A DNA stretch of 54,463 bases, filler included, from Streblomastix strix (taxonomy: Eukaryota), in assembly GCA_008636045.1 (NCBI GenBank). It is 3 parts of 3 records of this genome, joined end to end, with 100 filler letters (N's around TTAATTAATTAA, not from the genome) between each part and the next. Parts side by side here need not be neighbours in the genome. Positions count along the whole stretch, not along the records: positions 18,194 to 36,285 come from SNRW01000638.1; positions 36,386 to 54,463 come from SNRW01000639.1; 1 more part is not named here. One strand, given 5' to 3'. This document shows positions 27,101 through 45,096 of this stretch, piece after piece; within the stretch, counting starts at the first letter, position 1; the number at the start of each line of letters is the position of its first letter. The translations under genes and the position numbers were made by a program. The notes beneath the pieces were generated by a model. It searched no databases and was not told the origin of the DNA. It saw nothing but the letters and a program-made list of their open reading frames with translations.

Positions 27101-27310
27101 AAGAAAGATATTGAAAATGAAAAAGATAAATCTTAAAATAATTAGGAAATAAAAGAAATATATTCTTAACATAAAAAAAGGAAAAAAAATTCAAAAATGA
27201 AGAAAGATATTGAAAATGAAAAAGGTAAATCATATAATAATTAAGAAATAAAAGAAATAAATTCATAACATAAAAAAAAGAAAAGAAATTCAAAAATGAA
27301 GAAAGATTAA
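27101..27310 (+). repeat. 99-bp (33-aa) coding tandem repeat inside the transposase insertion
   Basis: KKDIENEK.KS.NNQEIKEI.SQHKK.K.NSKM twice, with aagaaagat at 27101, 27200 and 27299. Confidence 0.85.
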
Positions 27311-29001
27311 GAAAATTAAAGTAACAATTCCGAAAATTGTTTAGAAAAAGATTAAATTCAAAATAATAATGATTTAAAATAATCAAAGAAATAATAGAAA
27401 AAGAAACATTAACATACTAAAAAATCTTAATTTAAACCTCTATTTTCATCTTTTACTTCACAAAAATAAGACTCAAACTTATAGAACTCTGAAAACTAAA
27501 CAATACATAATTCCAAATCAAAATAATCTATTTATGTTACCTTTTATGAAGATCTCTACAATGAAGAGTCGGACAACGGAGATGAAATGAATGATGAAGA
27601 GTATGAAGGTGATATGAGGATTATTGATGATGATATACTAATCTCTGAGGGTAATAAACCAGAAATTCTAAAAGATAAATTCATTTCAACAATAGCAGAA
27701 AGAATTAAAGAAAGAAAAGAAAGAGATGAAAAGAACAAAAATATGTAAAGAATTGAGGAAGGTCTAAATTAATAACAAAATTAATTAACAAATGATAGTG
27801 AAATTCTAATAAATCCCTCATAATAAATATTAAATAAAATAGAAAATGAAATAACATAAGAAATATTGAAAGAATCATTAAAATTTTACTTAGATTAAGT
27901 TTATAGATTTGAATCGAAGGAACTTAAAGAAGACGCATATCTTTCGATGTGTAATATATGGAATTTAAAGTAAGATGAAGATATGAAAGATAGAATTCAT
28001 TTGAAGGCAAGTGGTGTGAGTTTTTGGACTGAATTTGGAAAATCTCCGTTATTATGTGATTAATTATTATCTGATTTCTGTTTAAGATTGTATTCAATTT
28101 GTTCTTCAGAAGCAAGCTGTGAAAGAATTTTTTCTATTGTCACAAATATTTATGGAAAATTACGATAGTCATTAACCCCAGAATCATTAAATGGACTTTT
28201 ATATTTATATTTTTGATTTATTTAATGAATGTAGAACTTTAATTTTGTATTAAATGATTGATTTTATCGTAATTTTTTTATATTTTTATGCGTATAATTA
28301 ATTATAACCTTATATATATACTTAACTATTGTTTGATAATTAATAATAAATTAATACAACAAATGAGTAATCTAAATCTATTAAATTAAATTTGATTTCA
28401 TTTATTTCTTTTAATTTTATTCAACTGATTAAATTTTCATCCTAAATTAATTATTGAGTATAATCAATGCAATTTATAATAAAAATTAACGAATATTTTT
28501 AAAGCAATGGCAAATTAATTTTTTTACTGGCAGACAGGTCAAAAATTGCTTGTCAGCTTGCCACTTTTGCCCAGGCCTACAATAAATTGTTTTATCAAAC
28601 TTATCTATTGTATCAAACACATATACTAAGCCTTTACTTATTGATTTTCAACATTTATTTCTAAAACTGCCACAGTCTCAGACTCCATCTACAAATTTGT
28701 AAATTTTGCGTATTTTTCAAATATAAACTTTAAATATTTTTTGTTCATACTCAATATTCTATATTTGCAATCAAATCTAACATCATATTTCAGAACGAAA
28801 TCCTTTTTCATAAAAGTCATTTTCTCAAATATTGAGCCATTATTATTTTTTAAAAAAAAATATTTCATATTTAAAATTTGTGTGAATATCATTTGTCACA
28901 ATAATTTCTTTAAATACACTTTAGCAATAGTTAAACAGAATTTAACTTTAAAATCCTTCCCTTCTCTTTATCCAACTTTTAAATCTTATATCCTAATATA
29001 A

Positions 29002-32947
<3,946 letters not shown>

Positions 32948-33342
32948 ATTTAAGTGATATAATAGAATTTGAATGAATGAATTGAATTAAAGTTATAGAT
33001 AGATTGATTAGATTAAATGAATAGTAAGAAGTTTGCACTGTTGTGAAGAAATTATTATGAATGAATATGAATAATTTATTATAGTTATGATTAATTAGCT
33101 TGGTTTTATTTCTCTAAACTTATTCAACTCACTTTGTTCATTTCGCTCTGCAATTGTTCAATTTATTTGTATTTTGAGTGTAATCATTCGATTTTATAAA
33201 TAAAGAATGTAATAAAATTAAAATAAAATGAAATAATAAAAAATATGAATATTCTTTTATTTCCAATGAATTGTGAAGGTGATTATACTGAAATGAATTA
33301 ATTATTATCATCAAATTTAAATTTACAGTAATTTTTGATGCA

Positions 33343-34465
33343 TCATTATTTCTTAGGCACTTTTTTATCTTTTTCTTGGAGGATATCAATGAAGTTGTCT
33401 TTAGTTACGAGAGAATATCTTTCTGAGAATAACTTGAAGCGGACGTGAAGATATGTTGCTTACTATATTTGATAGGATAATAAATTAAAAAAAATAGATA
33501 TTTAATTGTGAAATAATTTTATTTAAATAATATAATAAATAAAATATAATAAGAAAATTTCACAGTAATAAATCATACTTCATATGCATCAAAAACTGAC
33601 TCTTTGTGTTAGAAATATACATGAGAGAAAACTCTATATAGACGTCTGTGATAATAACATAAATTAAAATAATGCAAATGACAATTGCAAATAAATAATA
33701 AAAATATGAAATATTCAAACCTTGCCATTCCTTATAAGGCCTCTACATTTTTATCTGTGATTGCTTTTCTATCTGCAAATTGCTTTTTGTTGTTGAGAAG
33801 AGACCAAACCGTCTCAATAGTGTGTGAAATGTAGTCTATTGCGCAACACTGGTTGAAAAACAAAGTTAAAAAATAAAACAAGCAAAAAACAAATGCAAAA
33901 TTTTGCAAACTGCTTAAGGTTTCAGGTGGGATGCACACATATATTCGAATCCACCAGCATTCATTTTGGGGCAATTAGAACCAGTGCACTCAGACTCCAA
34001 TTCTCCAGCAAATTATGCTATTTCCATGATAAAACATCTAATTCATAAAACAGCGTATACATGAGGATAATTAATAAAAATAAAATATGAAGCTGTTAAA
34101 ATACCTCATTTATTCATAAATCCATTAATTTTTCTGAACACCGTCTGGAATATCGTATAGGGGTCGCAGGATTTCTTCATTAAATTCATCTGGAGATTCC
34201 TGTATCTTGTTGAGTACTTCCCCTGATATAAATTATTTAAAATAATAAAAATAAATAATAAATACATACTTGTCATAAACTAAATAAGGTTCTGTATTTG
34301 CGATTAATCGTTTTTAAAATCTTCTCTCGTAAAAAACGCGTAGAAGTCGTCGCGCTTCGTACCTGATAAAAATATTAATATTTACTAATAATACGCAAAA
34401 TTCAAACCTGAAAGGATCCCTCTGTAAGGTATTAGATCTTCTTCTTCATATGGTTCTGAGTCCAT
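33343..34465 (-). CDS. MOB4: MOB4/phocein, 6 introns
   Basis: GTKRDDFY, PDGVQKNQWIYEQMRCFIME, ECTGSNCPKM, YMCASHLKPQACCAIDYISHT, LLNNKKQFADR, RRLYRVFSHVYFQH, RFKLFSERYSLVTKDN. Confidence 0.92.
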
Positions 34466-34888
34466 TTCTATCGTCCCATCAACCAGATATTTTTCTACAT
34501 ATTTATTATTTTGGCCCTTCAAATTAGTTGTTGAATATTCATATAAGCTCAAAATTATTATTATTATATTTAACTTTGTCTTCTAACAAGAAATCTAAGC
34601 AAATTAATTTTAACTTTGTTTGACTTGGTTTTACCTAAAATACTGCACTAAATTTTATTATTTAAATAAATTTTTTGATAATAACTTATTTATTAACATA
34701 TATTATTATAAAATTATTTCTCCGAACTACCTAAGTTTAGTTAAAGCTCGTTCAATATTATCTGCTGCTATACACCACTAGAACCATCATTAATAAAATA
34801 CATTTTAAAATTAATATATTATTTATACTATTTTCTATAACTTCCTATACAAATAGTCATATTATTTTTGTTTAATTAATAGATTACA

Positions 34889-35925
34889 ATGGACAATTTT
34901 TTAACAAAACTTATTTCTTGGAAGTACGGTGGATATGTTGAGAGACGAATTCTTCTTCAGTCAGCCAATGGCCCGTGTCCATTACTCGCTATAATGAATA
35001 TCCTTAGCTTGAAATAACTAATAAATCTGAAGAAAGATTCTTATTAAGAAGCAGAACTCATTGCCATCATGCGAAATTTCTTAATTGAATTCAATACTGT
35101 ACAACCGAGTGCATATGCAGACGAGATATAACTATCTCTTGAGAAGAACCTTGAAGATGCATTGAATATTCTTCCATTATTAGTTCGAGGTCTTGACATT
35201 AATCTGAGATTCGATGGAATCAAATCATTTGAATTCTCAGCTGAAATGCTTATCTTTGATTTATGCAATATTAATCTGTATCATGGATGGGTTATTCCTC
35301 CTTCAGATGAATTATATCCATATCTAAAAGGTAAATCATATAATTAGGTTATTGAATAGATTGCATTAGACAATGAAGAATCTGATAATTAAAATAAAAA
35401 TTAAATTTAGAATTAAAATTAAAACCAGAAAATAAATGAAAAATAAGATCTATCAAATAAAGAATAAGTATTTAGATCTGTTGATCCATTGAATAGTCTT
35501 AAATTCTTACCACCACCCATTGTTAATAAAGAATAAGAATAATAAACTAAAATAACAATTAAATAATAAACTTCTTAATCTTCATCATCATCAATATCAA
35601 ATTCACAATAATAATAAATATAATCTTTATCTTCTTCTTCTTCTTCTTCTTCTTCTTCAATACAAAATTTCCCATCAATGTTACCATATGGACCAGATAA
35701 AGACTTACTTCCAACTGGAATTGTACTTTCATAATTTATTCAGAATTCTTCAACATAGACAACTGAATATGGATTAAATTAATTGAAGTATTAATTACCA
35801 GAAGGATAATTGGGCATTTTATTTAAAGGGAATCATTATTCTGTATTGACGAGTGATGGTTTGTTTGATTTTTATTATTATATTATATTATTTTTGAATA
35901 TATTATAAATATCTATATATTATTA

Positions 35926-35966
<41 letters not shown>

Positions 35967-36285
35967 AGGAGGAGAACTATTTGAATTAGTAACAGCTGCT
36001 GGTCTTTCAAAGATGGCTAATATTGTTTGGATGCGAATTGATGGTACAAATAATGAATCAATGTTATGCAATGCTGATTTCTATCCATTGGAACGTATGA
36101 GAAATATGAGAATATATTATATATATTATATATAAATAGAACTATATTAATTTATAATATATATATTATATTTATATAAACATTAACATTAATAATATAT
36201 AATATTCATATATATCCAATAAACAAGCTCATTGCCAACCATCACCTTCTGAAATCCACGATTGGTGTCAAATAAGAAGACTTCC
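34889..36285 (+). CDS. MINDY1: MINDY-1/2 (FAM63) deubiquitinase, 3' end lost in the gap
   Basis: QSANGPCPLLAIMNIL (catalytic Cys), GLDINLRFDGIKSFE, LYHGWVIPP, SYNQVIE, STQTTEYGL, LFKGNHYSVL (catalytic His), LFELVTA, NIVWMRI. At least 2 introns. Confidence 0.9.
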
Positions 36286-36385
36286 NNNNNNNNNNNNNNN
36301 NNNNNNNNNNNNNNNNNNNNNNNNNNNNNTTAATTAATTAANNNNNNNNNNNNNNNNNNNNNNNNNNNNNNNNNNNNNNNNNNNN
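36286..36385. other. Assembly gap / artificial contig linker
   Basis: 44 N + TTAATTAATTAA + 44 N. Confidence 0.97.
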
Positions 36386-36510
36386 TTAAAAGTATCAAAA
36401 ATGAAGTGTACATATATTATAGTGTTATATTATACACTCAAAACAAATCCGCATCTATTACTAAAATCCGTCCGGAAATCCTCGATTTTTTGTCGATTTT
36501 TTAAAGGCCT
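36386..36510 (+). repeat. Dispersed repeat copy A (copy B at about 52958-53082)
   Basis: Identical core aaatccgtccggaaatcctcgattttttgtcgattttttaaagg, with looser similarity extending back to the gap edge. Confidence 0.85.
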
Positions 36511-36663
36511 ATTTTCCTTTAATGACCGGCGGATTTCTAGAATTTTCAATAATTAGGCTATTGCGTAAAAATCTATGTTATCTGGGTAAAAAATTTTGGA
36601 ATTTCAAAAATTTAATAGAAATGTGTAACTTTTCAATTCATTAATAAAATAATATTTTATATT

Positions 36664-37646
36664 TAGTGTTGGACAAAAGCGCATTTAAGAGCGCTAAACG
36701 CGAGCTGCGCAAAATTAAAAGCGCTCTAATTAAAATTTTCTAATCAGTAAATAGTTAAAAAAAAAGAAATTTTTTTCTTTGACTAAACAATTATTTTATT
36801 ATTTTAGTTAATAATACTTATCAATTAGACAAATTATATATTTTATTCTTAAACAGCGTCGTTATTATTCATTATTAGTCTGAATTGTTCGTGTTTTAAA
36901 AAAAAGCTGATTTTTCGCGCTCAATTTACTCCGCTCCTACAAATGTACTTTGTGTCATTATTGATATAAATAATAGATATTATCTTATTATTTGATAAAT
37001 CGTTATCAAATTTAAAAAATATTTAATTTTCATCGAGAATTTAATGCCCAGCGCTTTACTACGCTTTTTGCAGCATTTGAAGCGCTTTTTTCAGCACTTT
37101 TAAGCGCTTTTTAGATTTTTCAGTAATAAAGGGAGTATTTATTTTTGTATATGTAAATATTTACAAATTTTGTGTATATTAAATAAAATTATAGATGTTT
37201 GATATATTGTAATCCTTTGGATATTGAATAAAAATTAATATAAATAATAATTTTTTTAAAAAAGGTGCGTTTATGCTATTTTTTCTTGGATATAATGTAT
37301 CAAATATTAATTTATGTTTTGTTTAATTAGATATAACTTTCATAGCACAATTACTGAAATTATTTACAATAATTATTGACAGTCGCTGAAAATCAAATGA
37401 AAATTGCAAAAAATAACTTTTAATGAATTCTATATAAGCTTAGCTTTGATTTTAATCAATATTCAATTTAATTCTTCAGAAAAATACATTTCTTTAAATA
37501 AACATTTTAATTCATGATAATTAATACCAATTAACTCAAAAATGAAATAAAAAATTTAATTTCATGAATTTAAGGTGTTTTAAGAATTATTTAATGCGCT
37601 GAAACGCGCGCAGCAGCTTAATTTACAGCATTTTAAGCCAACACTA
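36664..37646. mobile_element. Non-autonomous hAT element (MITE-like), 983 bp
   Basis: TIR TAGTGTTGG...CCAACACTA, exact 8-bp TSD TTTATATT (36656-36663 and 37647-37654), repeated AGCGC/GCGCT motifs, no ORF. Confidence 0.88.
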
Positions 37647-37799
37647 TTTATATTTAATATTTAATACAAATTATATTTAATGACTTGTAAAATAAGTAAA
37701 TTAATAAAAAAAAATAATTTTTAAATAAATCAATGATTTTTCCAAATTTAAAAAATTTACTCGACCGCTACTCCTCTACAATAACAGTTTACAAAATAT

Positions 37800-39779
37800 T
37801 ATTAAATGCGTCGTTTAATTTTAATTTATTAATCAATATCTAATTATTAGTTTAATTCCATCTGTAAATTTTTTTACTTCAACAAAAAAGGATGGAACTC
37901 CTCTAGAACCAGTTAAAACTTTACGATCGTTTATTACTGCTGTTGATGATTTGCAGCTTGAGACGCCAATGATTGATCGAAAACTTCATTCACAAACAGC
38001 TTGGAATTAGCAGTTTTTTGAATTACTACCTTAATTAACTCGATGTGCAGTTAACGAAACATTAAGTAATCTAGTTGAACATACTTCTCCAGGAAAGAAT
38101 TTAAAGTAGTATATTATTAAATTTAATTAATTTCTCCAAATTACCGTGTACTTCTTCTTAGAGCTCTTTCTTCAGTGTTAACATGTAAAGAACTTAATCA
38201 GGCAGGGTTTGAAGTCGAGTAATACTCGTATTATTATGCCATATAAACCTCTGATTAAACAAATACTAGATTGAGTCATATTCCTTCAAATGCCATTGAA
38301 GTTGAGACTAAAATTGAAGTTTTTAAATTTATGATTGGTAAAAGTGAAAGAACATGGTTTTATAAAGATAAAAAAAAATAAATGATTTGTATGATTCTGT
38401 TATTGAAGAAGAATTTAATGAATAATAAGAATCTTATGTTGAATTAGCTTAATAAGTTTGACCAATAAAAATAATTGAAAAAAAACAGAAAAAAAAACAT
38501 AGACAAATAATTGTTTGCAACTCTTCCTTCACTAAAATCTCCAAAATTATCATCTTCATTCCCTCTCATTAAATAAAACACTGTATAATTATAAAAATTA
38601 TATAAAAAATATTTAAACAAATAAGAAAAATCTAATTATAAAAAGTATTATATGAGATAATATCATGAATCATTAAAATAATTACATAAATCGTTTATTT
38701 AATGTCATAGACAGAAAACATTATCATACTCAAAATTTTGTCTTTTGAATAGACCTTATTTTCATAGGGTTAAACATAGAACTGATGTATGAGAGATTTG
38801 TTTCAAAATGAAGCTTATCTTAAATAAAATAAAAAATGTAAAAAACAGAATGAAAAATAATTTAATTCTTATGAATTATATAAACAGCATTAAAAAATTC
38901 ACAACATTTAATGAACATGATTTATTTAGTAATATTAAGAAATTCTTGAAGGTCATGCTATAATTATTTATGACTTCAAGGAAAATATTACAATTCCGTA
39001 AGACTAGGAATAGCCTTCGTAGGACTATTTTAAGAAAAGTAAATAAAAATCTTCACTTGTGTACTTATATATTATGATAAATTATCAAAAAAAATCTAGG
39101 AAAAATATGTGACGTATACATCAGTCATACTTAAAAAAAAATTTCATCACAGTATGCGATTGTCCGAACTATTTATTTTCGGAAGAACCATTACGATCCT
39201 GTAATTATGTTAACACATGGAGCGACGGTGCAGCAGTCATGCGCTCCGGATATCTACTTCATCTTCTATTAGATTATTCCCCTAAACTTCGATTAAAAGT
39301 CAAAGAAATATAGATGAATTACTATTGTGAATAACACGGCAAAAATCTATGCGATTCCTTTTTAGGACTCATTTATAACTTTCTTAAACTAAAAAGATTA
39401 TCAAAAAGAATATTAACATACAGAGATTTATTGCAATCATTCTCTGATTCATTTCAAATCAAAAAAAAAGATAGCACACTATGCTCGTGTATCTTCATTG
39501 ATTATTCAAGAATTGAGGGGAATTCATAAAAAGCAAGGTTTAATTTGGTAGAAACAACGAGATTCCAAGGTTTTTTAACATAATAAATTGAACCTACTTG
39601 GAAGTGTCGATTGTCTTCTTTTTACACCTCGCATTATATTAAACAATATAGAATAATCTGGATGGTTTTTAGTCTCTGTTCGTTTTGCACTTGAATATAA
39701 AGAAAAAGCTGAAGATGAAGTTTTTGGTAAGAATTAAAAAAGCAAATTAAGAAAAAGAATGGATAAAGCTAACCAATGA
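37800..39779 (+). pseudogene. Degraded Sola-like (probably Sola2) DDD transposase
   Basis: IIYDFKENI (D at 38972), TWSDGAAVMRS (D at 39224), NYYCEQHGKNLCDSFLG (39335-39355). Many frameshifts and TGA. Confidence 0.65.
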
Positions 39780-42734
39780 ATAATATCTCGATCTCATCAA
39801 AAGAATAATTTATAATTATTTCTTTAACTTCATTCGTTTCCTACAGACTTTCTCTAATATCTAAAATTGTATTAATAAAACTATGAAACATATTGTTATG
39901 TTTAAAACATGAAATGTATAGTAATTATAAGATATATATATTTATCATAAATATGCTATATACATACCATTAAAACTTCAAGAACTAATTGATACTATTT
40001 TTATAATCTACAATAAAGGAAACTAGAAAATAATGATGAAAATATCTGAAAAAAATATTAATTATAGTAATGGATCAATTTCTGAACAGAATAAGTCAGT
40101 AATTAATTATTCAAAACATGAGTATATTTATCAATATTAGAATGAACTTTTAGTATATTCATTAAGAATGGAAATGTTTTTTTCAATATCAAAATCCATA
40201 TTTATATTATAGTATCCATTTCATGTATTAAATATTTCACTTTATTTAAATTGGAACAACCAATCTTTCTATATTTCACATTCTTCCAATTTATTCTACT
40301 TTTTTATCCATTGTCAATCATTTATTCATTTTCATTTGGGAGAAGATGGTTGTAAAGATGGAAATAATATAAAATTAGGTTATATGATATAATACCAATT
40401 AGATGATAAAATATATTAAGGATAATAATGGATATTAGATTACGCATAAATTAATGGATAAGGAAATGAATTTGATTATGGATTGTATTAATAATGAAAT
40501 AGTGAATTAAGAGATTAAGGAATTTAGGTGGGAGAACGAAAAAAATATTATTTTGTTAATCTAAATATTATGAATGTAACGTTGAATTTGTCATATATGA
40601 AGAAGTAAATGGGATTAGTTACAATAGATTGTATAATTATTGAAACAGATATATTACAAATATTAATTGGAGATTTACTTAATTGATTTTGATTAAGAGG
40701 TTATATATTAATTGGTTTGTTATAGTATCATTCAGTTGGTGATAAAAAAAAGTTGAATTTATTTCTTTATGTTATAACTCTCTTATTATCTCATTCAATA
40801 AATTTATTATATTCTTATTCATTCAATTTCTTATCATTATATTTTTATTCTTATTTTTAATATCAATAGAGATGATAACTTCAGCGAATATGTTAAATAT
40901 GTCGAATGTTCGTATTTGGATGAAATTTCCTACATTTATTATCTTTTAATAATTATTACTTCAAATTATTTAAATCTATATTTTATAATTTAACATTCAT
41001 TTTGATTATTTTTTTTTTCTATTATTAATTTTAATCTTCATCTTGAAAATTATAATTTAAAAGTTTGTTATTCATTTGTTCTTTCATCAGATCTCTATTT
41101 CCAGTTTTATTTTTCTCCATTATTTGAAGTTTATTGAATGTTCTTTTAGATATATTACTCAAACGATTGATTGATGTCACGGTGCTCAATATTCTAGTTT
41201 TAATAAAAGACTTATTAACAGATAAATTAAGTAATTATGTTGATAGTAAATTTATTAGATTTTTTAAATTTTAATTTTTGAATTTTATATTTTGTTTAAT
41301 TTGATATTTTATTTATTGCTATTTTTTAGTTCCTTTATTATATTAATTAGATTATTGAATGATTTTTATCATTAATCTTGCAATTATCTTCAATATCATT
41401 AACAGATTTCAATTATTTTTCAATTCCTGGTTCCAGTTTATTTGCAGGATCAAACTCCATCGAATTCCAATTATTAACTTCATCAAGAAAACACATCAGT
41501 TCAATTATCGCTATGTATCTGGGACGACAGGGAAGCATCTATCATTGTCATATTTAACTTAATCGTAGTACGTGTCATATTTCACTATTACATTGAAAAT
41601 TATATAAAAAATTAATTAAGTATGAAAATTTTTTTAAAAAAGAACAATTTTACAAAAAAAAGTGGAATTAAATATTTAATTTATATTTAAAAAAATATTA
41701 TTCTAAAGCTTTTATTTGTGAAAGAAGAGTTTTTTATAATGTTCATATATATATATATATATATATATAATTTTTATTAAGAAAGATAATTAATATCATA
41801 CAAGAAAAATGCTATAAGAAGTTACAGTCAAAAGTAAATCGTAACTCTTGCAACTCAGCAAAATGATAATCACCAATAAATTTATAAATATTTAATGTAT
41901 GATATATAAATATAAAAAAATTTATAAACGAAAAATTTATGTTGATGTTCATTATTGCAAGTTTTTTGCACTGGTATAATAAAATTAAAATATTAGTCTT
42001 TTATTTACGTTAACACTTAACAAATTCATTTTAATTTTTTGTATTTTTTAACAATAACATAATTTTAATAAATTTGATTAATTAACTTACAAAAATAAAA
42101 CTATAAATCCTATAAAATAAGAAAAATGCATTATCTTGGAATTTTCTCTATGAAAGATGATTATTACGTATATATGACGAATTAATAATTTATGCTGATG
42201 AATTTATTTGTCTAAATTTACCAACAAATTTAAAAGTTACAAACCCTTGAAATGCGGCAATTTTTCCTCATCTGCAAAAACATGCGATGTCTTATTTTTA
42301 AAAAAATGCGATTAGTGCTGATAATTTTCGACAAAAACTATTAAAATTCTTACGAAATTGGCAATTAATTTAAAAGTAATGTTGAAATTAATGTGAAATA
42401 TCGAAATAAGCAGCAACTTCAATTTATGATGCTCCATCAGTCAAATTATGTGTATCATTTTGTTTCATTTGTAAGTCTAACCATAATGTAAATATTATTT
42501 GTTTGGATGACGTTAGAATAACATTTAATTGAAGAGCTGATGAAATAACTCCGTCGAATGATAATGAATGAGCTAAGATTAAAATAGTAAAAATTTTGTT
42601 TATTCACCAGAAAGATCAATCTATGCACAAATATGAATTGCTTTTAGTGAAGATTCAGCTACTGATCCTACATTTTCATTCATTGGAAGATTCACACTGC
42701 ATCGAAGGTACATAGGATCCAAAAGATTACCAGA

Positions 42735-43500
42735 ACCAATTGTTTTGCAACAGAAACCTAGATTGAAATGCAAAGTTTTGAAGGAATTAAATCATGGAAG
42801 ATTCATATAACACATTCATGAAGACTGATCCAGAAAAAAATGAAGTTCATATTGAGTGTTCTATTATTTGATGAAGAAGCAGTTGATTATGGTGATATAT
42901 CCAAAGAATTGTTCATTTTAATCTTTCCTAAGATCACAAATCCTTATTATGTACTTTTTAAAGGAAGTTTTGATAGATAGATATATGTCACATCATTTCA
43001 TTATTATATATGAATCACGACCAATTATATTTTTGAATCTTGAACATAGTTCATATAAAAGTTCTAATATTGAATTTACAAGTTGAAACTCGTTTTTCAC
43101 ATTTGATATATAAAAACCTTCTTGTTTTGCCTTTCATTCTGTCAGTTCTGGAACCGATTAATGCTGATGCTTATTAATAACTTGTTTTCATTATTATGAA
43201 TGATCTATCTGGAATCATGATTAATTTCACACTTACAATCACAGAATTTGAACAAATGAAAGAAATTGAACTAATACAAAACGGGAAATATATTAAAATA
43301 ATATTAGAGAATTAGAAAGAATAAATCAAACGATTAATCAAACAAAAGTTAGCAGTCAATATTTGCAGATAATTACGTGAGACTTAGAAAGACTTTCATG
43401 AATTATTACTTTATGGACGTTTGAAAGCATTTACATCAGCTGAATTTAGAGATCATGTTATGTGAAGTTGAATAAATTGATTTTGAGGAGTTTGAAAGCA
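42735..43500 (+). pseudogene. HECT-domain E3 ubiquitin ligase remnant (N-lobe only)
   Basis: MEDSYNTFM, LSVLLFDEEAVDYGDISKELFILIFPKITNPYYVLF, RFSHLIYKNLL, NFTLTITEFEQMKEIELIQNGKYI, LKAFTSAE. Frameshifts and TGA; no C-lobe Cys region seen. Confidence 0.78.
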
Positions 43501-45096
43501 AATATAAATTATATTGGTTTGAATTAACTAATTTATATATATTTAAATATATTAAAATAATGAATTGTTGAATACAGAAAAACTATTTGAATTATATTGC
43601 ATATTAAATTAGTATATAAATATAAAATATTTCATAATAACAATTCTTAAATATTATTATATACACAATACAGATTGTTACCGCTCCAACTTTTCATAAA
43701 TCCTCTATTTCTATGACATGATCAGTGATTCTAATAATGAATATAATTTAAAATATTTTTATTAATTCTTTTAATCAAAATTATTGAATGATTAACTAAA
43801 ATTATGAAATATATAAAATAATTGAAATATAAAATAAATATAAATTTCGAATTAAAAAATTATATATGAATCGGTTTTATTTAATATATTTAAACTTTTA
43901 ATATAAAAATATTTTAAAAATAAAACAATATAATATGTAAGTGTATATTTTTTCAGTTAAAATAGTAATTATTATAGAAGTAAATAATTATAAATAAATT
44001 TTAAAATAATTATATTTATATTTTAAATTAAAAGTTATAAATAATTGACGAAATCATGACTTGAATAACTAATTATTATATTAAATATATTAAATATATA
44101 AATTAAATAAATTTATCATAAAAATAATTATAATCCTTTGCAAAATCATCAAAAATATTTAATTAAATAATAAATAATCAGTTTCTATTCAAAAACATTT
44201 TATAGAATTAATAAATTGTACATTCTTAGAATAATAAAATTATAATAAATTGAAATAAATATATGGAATTAAAATTTAATTAGCAAAATAAGTAAAATTT
44301 GAATTTTCTCTTTTAAACATTTTATTAGTGTATATCTTACACAAATTATTGGTTTAAATATGAAATTAGTTTTAAATATATATTGAAAGAAAATTATTAT
44401 GATTGATATAAAAAAAATTTTGAGATGACTTAATTTAGCTTGATTTATGGAATTTCACATTTCTTTATTCTTTCATTCAAGATTCACAATCAATATTATT
44501 TCATTTTATTAATATTTCTATTATATATATTTATATATATTTCAGCAACTCTTTCATTCCTTCTACGGTTAATAATTTAAATGTCGAAACATTGTCGAAA
44601 ATTTTAAATCAGTATCGAAGAATTGACACTTTGTTAAAAAAATGTCTTAATAATATTTCATTTGACTCAAAATATATACAAAAAGTTGTATCTCAGAAAT
44701 TAATAATGACTTAACAATATGAATATTACAAATAGAGTCAGTATTTTACTTGATCTAAAATGTCTCATATTTCAAATTGCTTAAAAGATAAGAAGAATTA
44801 TATTTACTATTATATATATAAATTTATGAGATTTATATATATAAAAAAATTTTAAATAAATTCAACTAATAATTTTATATCTTCTGGATGAAAACTATTC
44901 TGAGTCGAATTCAATGAAATTCAATTGGATGTTACCAGAGTGTTAAAAATAACACCCTGGCAATGTTCATATGTTACTTCGTTCAATTGCTCCACCTTTT
45001 TATTACGAGACTGCCATACTCGGCCGTACGGACTGGATGCTCCCATGAGCTGTCTATCCCTATGGGTCGGTCATTTAAAAACAAAGAATGCAAAAA

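Larger units (their letters stand above)
23185..28216 (+). pseudogene. Large intron-containing hAT transposase, disrupted
   Basis: VSAAIDNST (D at 25601), AYVVDSSA (D at 25790), FMCHLTNN, QRWVH, FW..SSEASCERIFS (E at 28121)..LRQSLTPESL then TGA 28214-28216. In-frame TGA at 25580 and 25724, frameshift near 24090. The 5' exon structure is tentative. Confidence 0.85.
22554..28579 (+). mobile_element. hAT-superfamily DNA transposon, 6026 bp, 22-bp imperfect TIRs
   Basis: Left TAGGCCGGGGCAAATGTGGAAA versus reverse complement of right TAGGCCTGGGCAAAAGTGGCAA (19/22). Subterminal TGGCA/TGCCA motifs and an internal hAT transposase. No matching 8-bp TSD. Confidence 0.88.

Noticed and set aside
22546..28587. 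8-bp TSD for the large hAT element
   Set aside because: Flanks ATTATTAT and CAATAAAT do not match. The 53106-53934 element also lacks a match.
39950..40330. Possible Rab-GAP TBC remnant on the minus strand (DIEK/TFPF, LLTYS)
   Set aside because: It needs several frameshifts and the match is too weak to support.
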